Part shown: positions 36,132-45,261 of the stretch, piece by piece | Layout: every line of letters begins with the position of its first letter | Numbering within the stretch: the stretch's first letter is position 1 | From: Verrucomicrobiota bacterium | Lineage (GTDB): Bacteria; Verrucomicrobiota; Verrucomicrobiia; Limisphaerales; UBA8199 | Assembly: GCA_035358715.1 (NCBI GenBank) | Contig: DAOPPX010000001.1 | Coordinates: 274,412 to 338,411 of the forward strand | Direction of reading: 5' to 3' | Length of the DNA: 64,000 bases | The notes under the pieces: model-generated | What the model was told of the DNA's origin: nothing | Databases searched by the model: none | Seen by the model: only the letters and a program-made list of their open reading frames with translations | Position numbers and translations under genes: made by a program

Positions 36132-36650
36132 TTATCCGCCTATTCCTCTTGGTTGAAGTCGTCCGAATGCGGTTGCGGTTCCTGGCGGTGATAGGTCCTC
36201 GTGTTGACTGCCTTCCGGTGTCACTTTTCCTTTCTCCTTGAGGATTGCTTCCGGCCGGCTGGAGCCATCAGGAATCATCACCCTAGCCGTTTCAGGCGGC
36301 GAACTCTCGTCTGCAGATGAGGCTGGAGCGCTTACTCTGGGTGCAGAGCCAACCGCCGTCGACGCCTGGCTCGGGGGGCTAGGCTTGGGGCTGGCAAAAT
36401 TGAGCAGGTGATCGAGAATGAGTTCGCGCAGCTCTTCCTCAGCTTTCTGGAGAGAAAGGCCGCGGCGGGTGGAAATGATTGCTGGGAGTTGATCCAAAGG
36501 AATGTCCTTTATCTCCTCCCGCAGTATCATCTTCTCCAGGCGAGGGAAATCACCCGGGCTGCTGATTCGCGCCGTTGCCAATAGGATGCGCCTCTCGGCA
36601 TCCGTTTGCGCCCCCTTGTAGAGCGCCAGGAGTTGGTCCAATTGGCTCAT
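36132..36650 (-). CDS. hypothetical protein with Ser/Pro-rich C-terminal half
   Basis: ORF from ATG 36650 (MSQLDQLLALYKG..). The track start at 36689 is a TTG. Confidence 0.5.
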   Translation of the reverse strand: MSQLDQLLALYKGAQTDAERRILLATARISSPGDFPRLEKMILREEIKDIPLDQLPAIISTRRGLSLQKAEEELRELILDHLLNFASPKPSPPSQASTAVGSAPRVSAPASSADESSPPETARVMIPDGSSRPEAILKEKGKVTPEGSQHEDLSPPGTATAFGRLQPRGIGG

Positions 36651-36727
36651 GTTTTGTTTTCGATCCACGTCACTTTCGGTCCACGGCAAGGGCCGCCAAG
36701 GTTCTGGGCGGCGGACTGCCCCCCGTA

Positions 36728-36737
36728 CACATTATAG
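36728..36737 (-). promoter_or_regulatory. -10-like motif variant CTATAATGTG
   Basis: TATAAT in sense orientation upstream of the 36132-36650 gene. Confidence 0.4.
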
Positions 36738-36854
36738 ATTCCTGGAGGGCTGGATTCGGGGGATCACATCGGAGCGTTGGTGCTTCCGGTTTGCGCATGT
36801 TCGGGGAGAGGCAACGGCGCCCACAACCTCGGCCTGCCATGCGCTGCAAACCGC

Positions 36855-36864
36855 CATATAATGG
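36855..36864 (+). promoter_or_regulatory. -10-like motif variant CATATAATGG (plus strand)
   Basis: TATAAT lies 31 nt upstream of the ATG at 36894. It is divergent from the copy at 36728. Confidence 0.4.
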
Positions 36865-36893
36865 AGAATCCCGGTGTTGGGGTTACGAAGCTT

Positions 36894-37364
36894 ATGTTGG
36901 ATGATTGTGTGTTTCCGGGGTGCGCGCCTGGTTTGCCGGTGCGGGGGCTTATCGGCAACAGGCTTCTCGCCCCCCAATTGAAGCGAATCGAGCACTTTTT
37001 CGATCGGCTGGCGAGCAGGTCCGCCAAAGAGGAAGGAATATTTCTGGATGACCCTCCAAATCCGGGCCTCTATGCAGTATGGGGTTGCACGAGCGACGGG
37101 CAGGTCCTTGGCCTGCAACGCGTGGGCTCCTGCTGGCGCCTAACACTAGTCCCCATCCCGTCGAACCTGGTTCGCTTGCTGCACCTGCCCAGCGTCCTGG
37201 GGGCGCAGGGCAAATTGGCTTGGATTCAGATCGGGCCAGATCGCATCGACTGTGTCCGCCACGGCCAGCTTATCCCGGTCTGGGAAGCGGAGACTTCCGT
37301 TTCTTCGCAGCCGGAGCCCAAGCTGAACCGCCTAGCAAAACCACGTTCTCTTTTGTTCGATTAG
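36894..37364 (+). CDS. hypothetical protein (about 156 aa)
   Basis: One of the few plus-strand ORFs in the backbone. It is supported only by the sense-oriented promoter-like motif and plausible codon usage. Confidence 0.4.
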   Translation: MLDDCVFPGCAPGLPVRGLIGNRLLAPQLKRIEHFFDRLASRSAKEEGIFLDDPPNPGLYAVWGCTSDGQVLGLQRVGSCWRLTLVPIPSNLVRLLHLPSVLGAQGKLAWIQIGPDRIDCVRHGQLIPVWEAETSVSSQPEPKLNRLAKPRSLLFD

Positions 37365-37411
37365 AAGGCGAGCGGCCAGGTGCCCGTAAGCCAACAATCC
37401 GGAAATCGTGA

Positions 37412-40400
37412 TCAGGGTGTGACCCGATTCCAACTTTCGAGTCCCAGGTATTTGAGCCCCGGGATCTCAATGTCTGGCTGGTCAGGATGCGGCACGAGCT
37501 CGTTGACCTCCGCGCCGTTCCATTCGTAGGTGATCTTCATATCCACCCGCAGCTTGGGCCGCTGGTTCGAAGGAATGTCCAGCATCATGCGCGGGAGCAA
37601 CTCCTTGGCGAGGCTCACCACGGACCAATGAACCAAATAGCGCTGGGCGTCGTGCAAAATGTCGATAAGCACGATCGGCACGTTCGGATTGCGGCGGCGG
37701 AATTCCACCCAGTTGGCGCAGGCTTCCATGATGTAAACCGCCACCCCGTGCTGAATCTGCCAGTTGGAGGCTTCGCGCCGCATATCTTTCAGGGCGCGCA
37801 ATAAATCGCTGTCCCAGCGGTTTTCCTGGTTGAGGATGATGCGGACCAGGGCCGGATCCAGGTAACGGCGGCGGAAACCAGCGGGACTGACCTGGTAACC
37901 GAAAACGCCCCTGTGTGTGAAGTAGGTCTTTCCGGCAAGTCCGGTCTCCTGCGGGATCGCGCGATTCATCTGGCTTTCCAGATAGTCCCAGGCGACGCGG
38001 TAGAGGTTGCGGTAAGCGTTCTTGATCCGAGCAACGCTCTCGGCGGTGTGCGTGGCCGGCTTCTTCGCGCGGACGGCCTCCCGGTTAAGGCTGCGCGCCA
38101 TGGCCTCGTTTCCGCGCTGGTAGGGGATGCCGAACGTGAAAGGCTTGGCCTCGTCCCGTTCTGCTTTGTGGTGCTTCTTGATTTCTGCGTCGCTCAGATG
38201 GCCGAGGCGTTCCGGGTCCTTCGCGCGAGCCAACGAGGCGTGCGGGTCTCCTTGAGGATCCTCCATAATCCGGATCATTTCGGGGTCGCCCGAGACCTGG
38301 GCCAAGCGCTGCACCTCGGCGGCCGAGTAGTCCAGCTCCACCATGAACCAGCCGCGCGGCGCCATCTCCAGCCCGCGGATGCTGTGTGGCGGAGCCTCGC
38401 CGGCAATCTTGGCCACGTAATCTTCCTCCCCTTTGGGGACCGCGCTCACGTTGGGCGAGGTGCGGAGCCGGTGCGTTTCCAAAGAACCCCAGTAGGTCGT
38501 ATAAAGAATTGAGTGGTCCCGATTCACAGCCATGGAAATGGCCTTCTGGCGCTTGCCTACCAGTTCCGGCCCCGGCGTCTTCTTTGCGTCAACCTCGCCA
38601 GCGCCGAACAGTTCAAGCTGGTCTCGATTGGGATCGTCATCCTGCTCCAATGATTCCAGGTATTCCTTTACCCGGCTGGCGCCCCAGGGGCCGTCCATGC
38701 GGCAATAGTTGTTGGCCAGGGTGGCAAGCGAGCGGCAGTCGTTGAGTTTCTCGCAAAGTGGGTCGGCCGGCGCCAGCATCTCCAAAGTTTCCTGATTCGT
38801 GGATGCGGTAAGGACCGGATAGTTCCGTTCGGGGATTTCCAGAGGCATCGGGCACTCCACGCTGCCTAGGAGATTGCGCAACGCCGGGTCGTTAATGTCA
38901 AATGCCGCGCTGCCGTGCCGCTGGTGAATGAAATCCAGCAGCGCCTGAACTTTCTTCTGGTCCGCTTCCTCCAGCTTCGCGCCAGGCTTGAGCAAAGGCT
39001 CCTGGGTGGCCCGGAAGAGCGTTTCCTTAACGGCCCGGGCCCATTCCCGTACGGGCCTTTCTGTGGTGAACAGCGGGAAGAGTCCGATGCCCGTGGGTGG
39101 CTGGTTGAACAAGATCTGGCGCAACTGAGCCGCCGAGCCTGGGTTGACTTCAGAGGTCGTGACGCGCGTTTTGATGTATGCGACCGTTTCGGCCAGCAAT
39201 TTCTCCAGGCGCGAATCGTACCACTCGATGTTCTCCTGGAGCCGGTCGAGGCTGAACGGGTGCCCGACCAGTTCCATCTCGATCAGCGCTCCCATTTGCT
39301 TGCGCTTCAGGTTGAAATAGGCGTTCTCCAGCGTCCAGCCCCTGGCGTAGGCGTCCGGTTCCCTGCGTTTCAGGTCTTGGTCCTGCTGTTTCAAATCCGC
39401 CAGCATTGCCGGAACCAGCTCGAAGGTGCGGCGTGCGTCTTTGCATCCATACGGCAGCCGGATTTCGGATGGCACCAGGCCGTAGCTGCCATCGGTGATT
39501 CCCCTGGCTTCCCGATAGCGTGCCAGCTCGGTTTTGTGGTCCTCTTTGCCGAGATAAACCCTGATGAGATCCCCCAGTCCCTGGGGCTGTCCCTCGTCGA
39601 GCACTTTGGCCAGATCGTAAGTGCAAAGGTGCAACTGGTCTCGCAGGTCAACGCCAAACAGGAGCATCTGGATTGCGTCCACTTTCAGCGCGTGCCCGAC
39701 CACTTTGACTTCGGGTCGCTGGAGAAACTTCTTTAGAATACCCGCCAACTCGTCCTGGCTGCCCTGGAAGACCCAGCGCACGTCGTCGATGTAAGCGCGG
39801 AAACTGTGCGAGGGGCTTGTCCATTGGCTGAAGGCAGTTTCATTAGGGAAGATATAGACTGCCCCTTTTTCGTCAGGGAGGTCATAAGGGTTGCGCAAAA
39901 CCGGATCGTGGCGTCCCTCGTGGACGCGGATATTGAGCGTGCGGCTGCGGGTAGCCAGGATGATGTCCAGGATTCGGTAATCGGTCACGTCGTGGCCGAC
40001 AAACTCGGTGTCGAGGCAAAACATCTCTTCGCGATCATCCTGAATTTCTTGCAGATGCCGTTGGAGATCGGCCGGATTGTCGATATAGAAGCATGGAGGT
40101 TCAGGGGCGCTTTCCGTGTTTTGGTTGAACCAATTCATCAACGGGCCGCGCAACGTCCGCTCCCAACTCTTGATCCACTCCGGTTTACCAAGCAGGTTTG
40201 CCGGCTGGGTCGCGCAGACCAGGCAGGTTTGATAATGGGCAAGCGGGATGAATTGTCCCTGCAATTCCGTGACGGTGGCGCTTTGGAGGTGCCTGGCCAA
40301 ATGCGGGACGATATTGGCCCCGAAGCTGATGATAAGCCGCGGCTTCTGGTCGCGGATCAGCCTGTCGATGAATTGAAAGCCGTAACGCTCTTCCCCGGTG

Positions 40401-40840
40401 GTGACGCGTGTCTTGGGCGGCACATGCCAGGGCACCAGGCTCGCGTGCAGGCAACGGCTCCAGCTCAGGCCGATTTTCTGCAGGATGTGAGCGGCGAGCA
40501 GCGTAAAGGCCTCGCCGGTCATCACGCCCACGAACTCGCCGGGGCGTTTTTCCATCCTCCGCATCTCGGGAAAAGAGGGGTGATAGCCGACGACCAGAAC
40601 GCCATTCCAATCCTCCGGGCAGTGAAAGGGAAACCAGTACTCCTTCTCCGGCTCCTTCTTCTTGCCGCCCAGAGAGCCCTTGAGCTCCCGAAACGGCGCG
40701 CCCCCGTCGAGCAATTGGCGGTACAGCCTTTCGGGAAACGGCGCGGGCTCAGGCGCAAAAAGCCTGAGTTGATCATCTGCTCCGGCGGGTTCCAGCACAG
40801 AGCAAGCAACTGCATTCCCGTTTGACGGGTCATTGCGCAC
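37412..40840 (-). CDS. family-A DNA polymerase with 3'-5' exonuclease and an N-terminal degenerate UDG (family 4)-like domain; no 5'-3' exonuclease domain
   Basis: Exo I FCLDTEF, Exo II GHALKVD, Exo III YGCKD. Pol motif A DYSAAEVQRLA, motif B RDEAKPFTFGIPYQRG, motif C ILHDAQ. The N-domain VLVVGYHPSFPE..RLIISFGANIV..ATQPANLL parallels UDG-4 GEAPG..HP motifs, but the key residues are replaced. GTG start. Confidence 0.9.
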   Translation of the reverse strand: MRNDPSNGNAVACSVLEPAGADDQLRLFAPEPAPFPERLYRQLLDGGAPFRELKGSLGGKKKEPEKEYWFPFHCPEDWNGVLVVGYHPSFPEMRRMEKRPGEFVGVMTGEAFTLLAAHILQKIGLSWSRCLHASLVPWHVPPKTRVTTGEERYGFQFIDRLIRDQKPRLIISFGANIVPHLARHLQSATVTELQGQFIPLAHYQTCLVCATQPANLLGKPEWIKSWERTLRGPLMNWFNQNTESAPEPPCFYIDNPADLQRHLQEIQDDREEMFCLDTEFVGHDVTDYRILDIILATRSRTLNIRVHEGRHDPVLRNPYDLPDEKGAVYIFPNETAFSQWTSPSHSFRAYIDDVRWVFQGSQDELAGILKKFLQRPEVKVVGHALKVDAIQMLLFGVDLRDQLHLCTYDLAKVLDEGQPQGLGDLIRVYLGKEDHKTELARYREARGITDGSYGLVPSEIRLPYGCKDARRTFELVPAMLADLKQQDQDLKRREPDAYARGWTLENAYFNLKRKQMGALIEMELVGHPFSLDRLQENIEWYDSRLEKLLAETVAYIKTRVTTSEVNPGSAAQLRQILFNQPPTGIGLFPLFTTERPVREWARAVKETLFRATQEPLLKPGAKLEEADQKKVQALLDFIHQRHGSAAFDINDPALRNLLGSVECPMPLEIPERNYPVLTASTNQETLEMLAPADPLCEKLNDCRSLATLANNYCRMDGPWGASRVKEYLESLEQDDDPNRDQLELFGAGEVDAKKTPGPELVGKRQKAISMAVNRDHSILYTTYWGSLETHRLRTSPNVSAVPKGEEDYVAKIAGEAPPHSIRGLEMAPRGWFMVELDYSAAEVQRLAQVSGDPEMIRIMEDPQGDPHASLARAKDPERLGHLSDAEIKKHHKAERDEAKPFTFGIPYQRGNEAMARSLNREAVRAKKPATHTAESVARIKNAYRNLYRVAWDYLESQMNRAIPQETGLAGKTYFTHRGVFGYQVSPAGFRRRYLDPALVRIILNQENRWDSDLLRALKDMRREASNWQIQHGVAVYIMEACANWVEFRRRNPNVPIVLIDILHDAQRYLVHWSVVSLAKELLPRMMLDIPSNQRPKLRVDMKITYEWNGAEVNELVPHPDQPDIEIPGLKYLGLESWNRVTP

Positions 40841-40882
40841 GGAAAAGTGTTTGGGGGAGATTTGCCTCTGCTTGAAGCCGCT

Positions 40883-41320
40883 TTAAGCCAAAAGGTCGGC
40901 TTCGCGGCGGGCTTGCCGGAGTCGGCGAACGTTGCTCTGAATCTGAGCGAGTTCGTCGGCAGCGAACGGCATGTCCGGATGCGCTGCCGCCTCGACTTCG
41001 CCTTGGTAAACCTCCCTGTACAGTAGAAAATGCGGCAGAGGGCGTTTGCCTGGGTGATAGAATTTCGGCCGTAGAAGCTGCGTCACCCAGTGCTGGATAA
41101 AACCAGGCGCCCGTCCGATTTTGACGATGATGAGGGTAAAGGCGAGCCCCACCAGCCAGAGCAGCATGTGCCAGGTGGGGAGGTCCACCGGCAGAAACGT
41201 GGACACGCCCAGCGGCACCAGAAATCCCAGAACTGTGATGACGAAGAGATCGAACACCTCCAGGTAATAGAGGAAGCGGAGCGGCGCGTTGATCTTGCGG
41301 TTGTAAGGGATGGTTCTCAC
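40883..41320 (-). CDS. TraL/VirB3-like small T4SS membrane protein
   Basis: YNRKINAPLRFLYYLEVFDLFVITVLGFLV..LIIVKIGRAPGFIQHWV parallels F-type TraL topology (recalled from memory). It lies directly downstream of VirB4. GTG start. Confidence 0.55.
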   Translation of the reverse strand: MRTIPYNRKINAPLRFLYYLEVFDLFVITVLGFLVPLGVSTFLPVDLPTWHMLLWLVGLAFTLIIVKIGRAPGFIQHWVTQLLRPKFYHPGKRPLPHFLLYREVYQGEVEAAAHPDMPFAADELAQIQSNVRRLRQARREADLLA

Positions 41321-41328
41321 GGCGGGTT

Positions 41329-43872
41329 CTACACCCTGACGCCTTTGGGATAGCGTTTGGCAAACTCGATGAGCGCGTCGGTGAGCGACATGCCCGAGCT
41401 GAGCAGCTTCTCAAATTCCAGTTTGTCCGCCGGTCGCGTGGTGGTGGTCGCGTAGAGCAGCGGCGGCATGGTCAATTCCAGGATCACGCGCCGTGTGCCC
41501 TGGGTGCGCTTCTGAATCATGTAACACTGGGAGTACTGGCCCGGCTCAGTGACGAGGCTGCGCAGGGCCAGCAGATCCCCCTCGTGCCCCTGGATGTAGC
41601 GCACCGTCTGCTCAGCCACATTGGCCGACAATTTGAAAAGGAAGAAGGTGCTGATGGAATCGCGGATGGCCTCGCTGTTCTTGAGAGAGCCCCATTCGGT
41701 GATCCCCTGGGAAATGAACATGAGGGCAATGCCGTACTTCCGGTAGGTGCGCGCCGCCTCCTCCAGGAATTGCGCGCAGACGGGCGAGGACATGAGGTTC
41801 CAGCCTTCGTCGATGAAGAACATTTTGTCCTGCGCGGCAAACTCCCGCGTCATCGTCTGGGCGAACCGGATCGCGACCATCATCATGATCGGCCCGACGT
41901 CGCGGTCGTCCTTGCGGCGCGTGAAATCAAACACCGTGAAGGGATTGCGCGCGGTGACCATGCTGTTGCCGTCGAAGAGATTCCCGTAGCTGCCCCCTTT
42001 GCACCAGATCCGCAGCCGGTTGCCGAGCGACTTGGCGTTCGCGGAGGTCTGATTGGCCAGGATCTTCTGCACATCGCTCAGGATCACTTCCTCGCCGCGG
42101 CCGACCTTGGCCTGATACGCTTGTCGGATGCATTCGGTCAACAGCATCCGGTCCTCCTTGGAGAGTTGGTCGCGGTCGTTCTCGATGACCATGCGCTCCA
42201 CCAGCAGTGCGTTCTGGATGATCTCCTCCTCGCCGGGGATGGTGCCCGGCGGCGCGTAGAGGAAGTTCATGCGGTTGCGCTCGCTGTCCAGGTCCATCGT
42301 CAGGTAATTGCCGCCCAGCACGTGGCAGAGCTTGTAATACGAGCCGCCGATGTCGATGCCGACACACCGCCCGCCGTTGGCCATTTTCTGCAAAAGGATA
42401 AGGTTCGTGGCCACGGATTTGCCCGAGCCGGACGAGCCCGCGATCATCAGATTATAGTTGTTGAGGGAAACCTGGTCATGGGGGTCAAAATTGTACAGCG
42501 TCCCATACCGGGTGGTGAAGAGACACGCCGGCCGGGCTTCAGATCCGTCGGGCAGGTACAACGCCGGCAACAGCGTGGCCAGTTGGCTGGAGGAGTACGC
42601 GTGGTCCCGGTAACGGTCCTTGTCACCGAGATAGCCGGGCGTGGTCTTGATGAAGTAAGGGAAAATGGGCGTGGTCTCGTGGATCCAGGTCATCCCCTCG
42701 TTCTGTTGCCCAAATTGGCGTTGCTCCAGCACGAGGTTGTTGAGCATGTCCAGGTCGGTTGCCCAGAGATGAATGGAGTGCGACGCAACCCAAGGCCGAT
42801 CCCGGCCGGTGGCTAGTTCGTCAATCTCCGCTTCGATCTCCTCGAGTGTCCGACGAAGCTCCGGTTGCTTGCCTACGCGCCCAAGCACCTGCAGGCGGCG
42901 GTTCTTGAGCTTCCGCAACCGCTTGGTCGTATCGCTGCTGTGCGCTTCGACGCAAAAAGCCCCGGAAACAAAACCCGGCGCCAGCATCTGCGGCAGAAGC
43001 ATGCCGAATTGCAACTGGCTTGGTGGTTCGTGCAGGAAGACGATGCGCCGGTAAAGTCCGTCCATCTGGAGCCAGCCCTGTTTCGGATTCACTTCGAGTT
43101 GGCTGTGAACGAAATAGGAGGTCGCCGGCCTGGGTTCGACCGGGTCGAAAGCCGGGAGTCGAGTTCCCAGTGCGTAAGACCTGGGGTTGTACCACCAATA
43201 CAAAGTCTCAAGGATTTCATCCGAGGGCATGAGCGAGGTGTGAATCCCGGCCGCCTTCAAGACCGCCTGGGCCTGCTGGGTCTGTTTTGAAAGCAAGTTG
43301 ACAGCGGTGTTCCACTCTTCCTCTGTCATGTTCGCTGCCTCTTCCATTGACAACTCGAACGTGTCGCGAAGAAAGTTCGAAATACGGTTGATCCAATGTT
43401 CCTTGGGGCTCAGCTTCCGATGCCGCTTGATTCTCTCCGAAAACTCGACGACCGGTTCGATGCCGATGAAGATGAAACACGAGTAGCGCCGGAGCTCGTT
43501 CGAGGCCGCTTTGTCCCGGTAATGCTGCCCGATGTCCCGTTTGAACTGCGCCAACAGCGGATTGCCTTGGGGCATCGTCAGCAGGTAGTCGTCCAGCAGT
43601 TCGTCGTACTGGTTGTGGCAGATCGTGAGGAATTGCAAGCGCGCCTCACCGTCACCCATGACCGCCATCTGGTTAAGCATGCTGCTGAAGTTGTTGTGCA
43701 ACTCGTCGGCCTGTTCGCTGGAGGCGAACAGCGTGTCGGGGTACTGCACCCTGAGGCCCACGGCCAGCGACATGTCCTGCGCGACGATAACGTGGTTGTC
43801 GATCCAGGCGATGGGAATCTCCTCATCGAGGCACACCCCGGATAACCGGTTCATCCGCTCGTACTGCAGCAT
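41329..43872 (-). CDS. virB4: VirB4/TraC/TrbE-family conjugative T4SS ATPase
   Basis: 847 aa. Walker A MIAGSSGSGKSVATN and Walker B MFFIDEGWNLM. The N-terminal domain is typical of VirB4. Confidence 0.9.
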   Translation of the reverse strand: MLQYERMNRLSGVCLDEEIPIAWIDNHVIVAQDMSLAVGLRVQYPDTLFASSEQADELHNNFSSMLNQMAVMGDGEARLQFLTICHNQYDELLDDYLLTMPQGNPLLAQFKRDIGQHYRDKAASNELRRYSCFIFIGIEPVVEFSERIKRHRKLSPKEHWINRISNFLRDTFELSMEEAANMTEEEWNTAVNLLSKQTQQAQAVLKAAGIHTSLMPSDEILETLYWWYNPRSYALGTRLPAFDPVEPRPATSYFVHSQLEVNPKQGWLQMDGLYRRIVFLHEPPSQLQFGMLLPQMLAPGFVSGAFCVEAHSSDTTKRLRKLKNRRLQVLGRVGKQPELRRTLEEIEAEIDELATGRDRPWVASHSIHLWATDLDMLNNLVLEQRQFGQQNEGMTWIHETTPIFPYFIKTTPGYLGDKDRYRDHAYSSSQLATLLPALYLPDGSEARPACLFTTRYGTLYNFDPHDQVSLNNYNLMIAGSSGSGKSVATNLILLQKMANGGRCVGIDIGGSYYKLCHVLGGNYLTMDLDSERNRMNFLYAPPGTIPGEEEIIQNALLVERMVIENDRDQLSKEDRMLLTECIRQAYQAKVGRGEEVILSDVQKILANQTSANAKSLGNRLRIWCKGGSYGNLFDGNSMVTARNPFTVFDFTRRKDDRDVGPIMMMVAIRFAQTMTREFAAQDKMFFIDEGWNLMSSPVCAQFLEEAARTYRKYGIALMFISQGITEWGSLKNSEAIRDSISTFFLFKLSANVAEQTVRYIQGHEGDLLALRSLVTEPGQYSQCYMIQKRTQGTRRVILELTMPPLLYATTTTRPADKLEFEKLLSSGMSLTDALIEFAKRYPKGVRV

Positions 43873-43878
43873 ATCTCT

Positions 43879-43888
43879 CCATTATAGG
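43879..43888 (-). promoter_or_regulatory. -10-like motif copy CCTATAATGG
   Basis: Minus strand reads GGCCTATAATGG-AGAGAT-ATG(43872). TATAAT lies 8 nt from the start. Confidence 0.55.
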
Positions 43889-44083
43889 CCCGCTCTTGCG
43901 ATGACCAGGGCATCGGATGCTGGGTTTGACCGCTGCCTGGAGGAATTCGCTGTTCTTCATCCTGGCTTGGTCGTCCTCGGTTGATTCGCCCGCGCTGTCA
44001 CGTGTTGTCACTGACGCCCGCCAGCGTCGTAACGCAGGCTGCGGGCAAGGCACTCTCGAACCCTCAAAGGAATCGACGGCATC

Positions 44084-44368
44084 TCAACGGTGCCGGCGTG
44101 CTCGTTCTGAGATGAACCGCCTCAGTTGCGGGTGTTCCGCAGGGTCGCCGCTGAAAACGGCCTCACCTGTCACGCTCACCGTAAAATGGCCCTGATCGAT
44201 ATTGATGTAGGCTTCCCTTCCTTGGCTGTGCCTGAGGTAAAAATCGACCCCACACCTTGACTCTGGTCCTTCCTGGAATTCCCAGTCGCGGGCTCGCGTC
44301 CCATTCAGGACGGCCAACATCCCAGCCAAGTTCAGCCCCGTCATCTTGGCTCGTTGCTTACGGCTCAT
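44084..44368 (-). CDS. hypothetical small protein (94 aa from the ATG at 44368)
   Basis: ORF evidence only. Confidence 0.3.
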   Translation of the reverse strand: MSRKQRAKMTGLNLAGMLAVLNGTRARDWEFQEGPESRCGVDFYLRHSQGREAYINIDQGHFTVSVTGEAVFSGDPAEHPQLRRFISERARRHR

Positions 44369-44644
44369 GCTTTGCCTGTTTGGCCGTGAACTCCTGTCCG
44401 CATCCGCTACGCAGGCCCTCACGCGCGTCCAGTTTAGCGCAGGCGCAGCCATGTCACCCTCGGCACGGCGTTGCCGTGGGTGACGGCGACGATGAGTGAT
44501 CTGGAGTCCGGGCGGGCTCGCAGGTGAACGTGCCGATGGGGTGCTGCTTTGGCTCATGATCTACAGGGCCTGAGAATGGGTATGTCCCTGATGGGAATGC
44601 GTGTCTACAAACGGGTAACGCCTGAGCTGTGCGCCGTTTGGAGA

Positions 44645-44917
44645 TTAGCGCGCTCCCTGAAGCCGTGTTTGGATTTCCCGCTCGTATTCCGGGAAATAGC
44701 GCCCGATCACTGGCAAATCAAACGAAGGCAGGATCGAGGTATTCGGCTCGCGTTCTAGAAGAAACCGGATGCTCTCCTGGAGCAGTTCTTCGGCGGATCT
44801 GCCCCCAGCTAACCGTTCGACATCCTCTTTGGCCACCCGCACGCGATGATGGGTGGTAACGGTGCCCTTGATGCTCACCAGCCATTCGTCGCCCGCGGAA
44901 TGTTTAACTTCGATCAT
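44645..44917 (-). CDS. small conserved-looking hypothetical protein (90 aa)
   Basis: MIEVKHSAGDEWLVSIKG..HRVRVAKEDVERLAGG..ESIRFLLEREPNTSILPSFDLPVIGRYFPEYEREI. It resembles a widespread uncharacterised family I recall only vaguely. Confidence 0.5.
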   Translation of the reverse strand: MIEVKHSAGDEWLVSIKGTVTTHHRVRVAKEDVERLAGGRSAEELLQESIRFLLEREPNTSILPSFDLPVIGRYFPEYEREIQTRLQGAR

Positions 44918-45261
44918 GGCCAGTAAACTGGAATGACGGCATCGAATTTTCAAGCGGCACGCACGCCCGTATTGCCGACGGGGTGTTCGTTCGCGCCGAC
45001 AACACGCTGCGTATCACCAGGGGCCGATTCTGGAAGGCCGCGTCGCCCTCACCTGCAATTTCGGGAACCAAAAGACCACGCCGGGCACCGGCTACCATAT
45101 CTTGGCGATCACGACGAACGCGCCCGTACCCCATCAGCGGGGTAAGCCAACCAAGCCGCTGCCCAAGGAGCGAACCCGGTCTAAGGAAGCGCGGGTGCTC
45201 CGCTCCTAGGTCCCTGGTCACGCACTGCGGCGCTCAGAGGTAGAATGGGGTGCGGCCAAAC

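Noticed and set aside
45239-45248. Plus-strand GGTAGAATGG box at the 3' end of the 549-aa gene (possible antisense promoter), and a similar CCTGAGAATGG at about 44568.
   Set aside because: The upstream CC is missing or the hexamer is shifted. The downstream plus-strand ORFs look like shadow ORFs, and I have no supporting feature.
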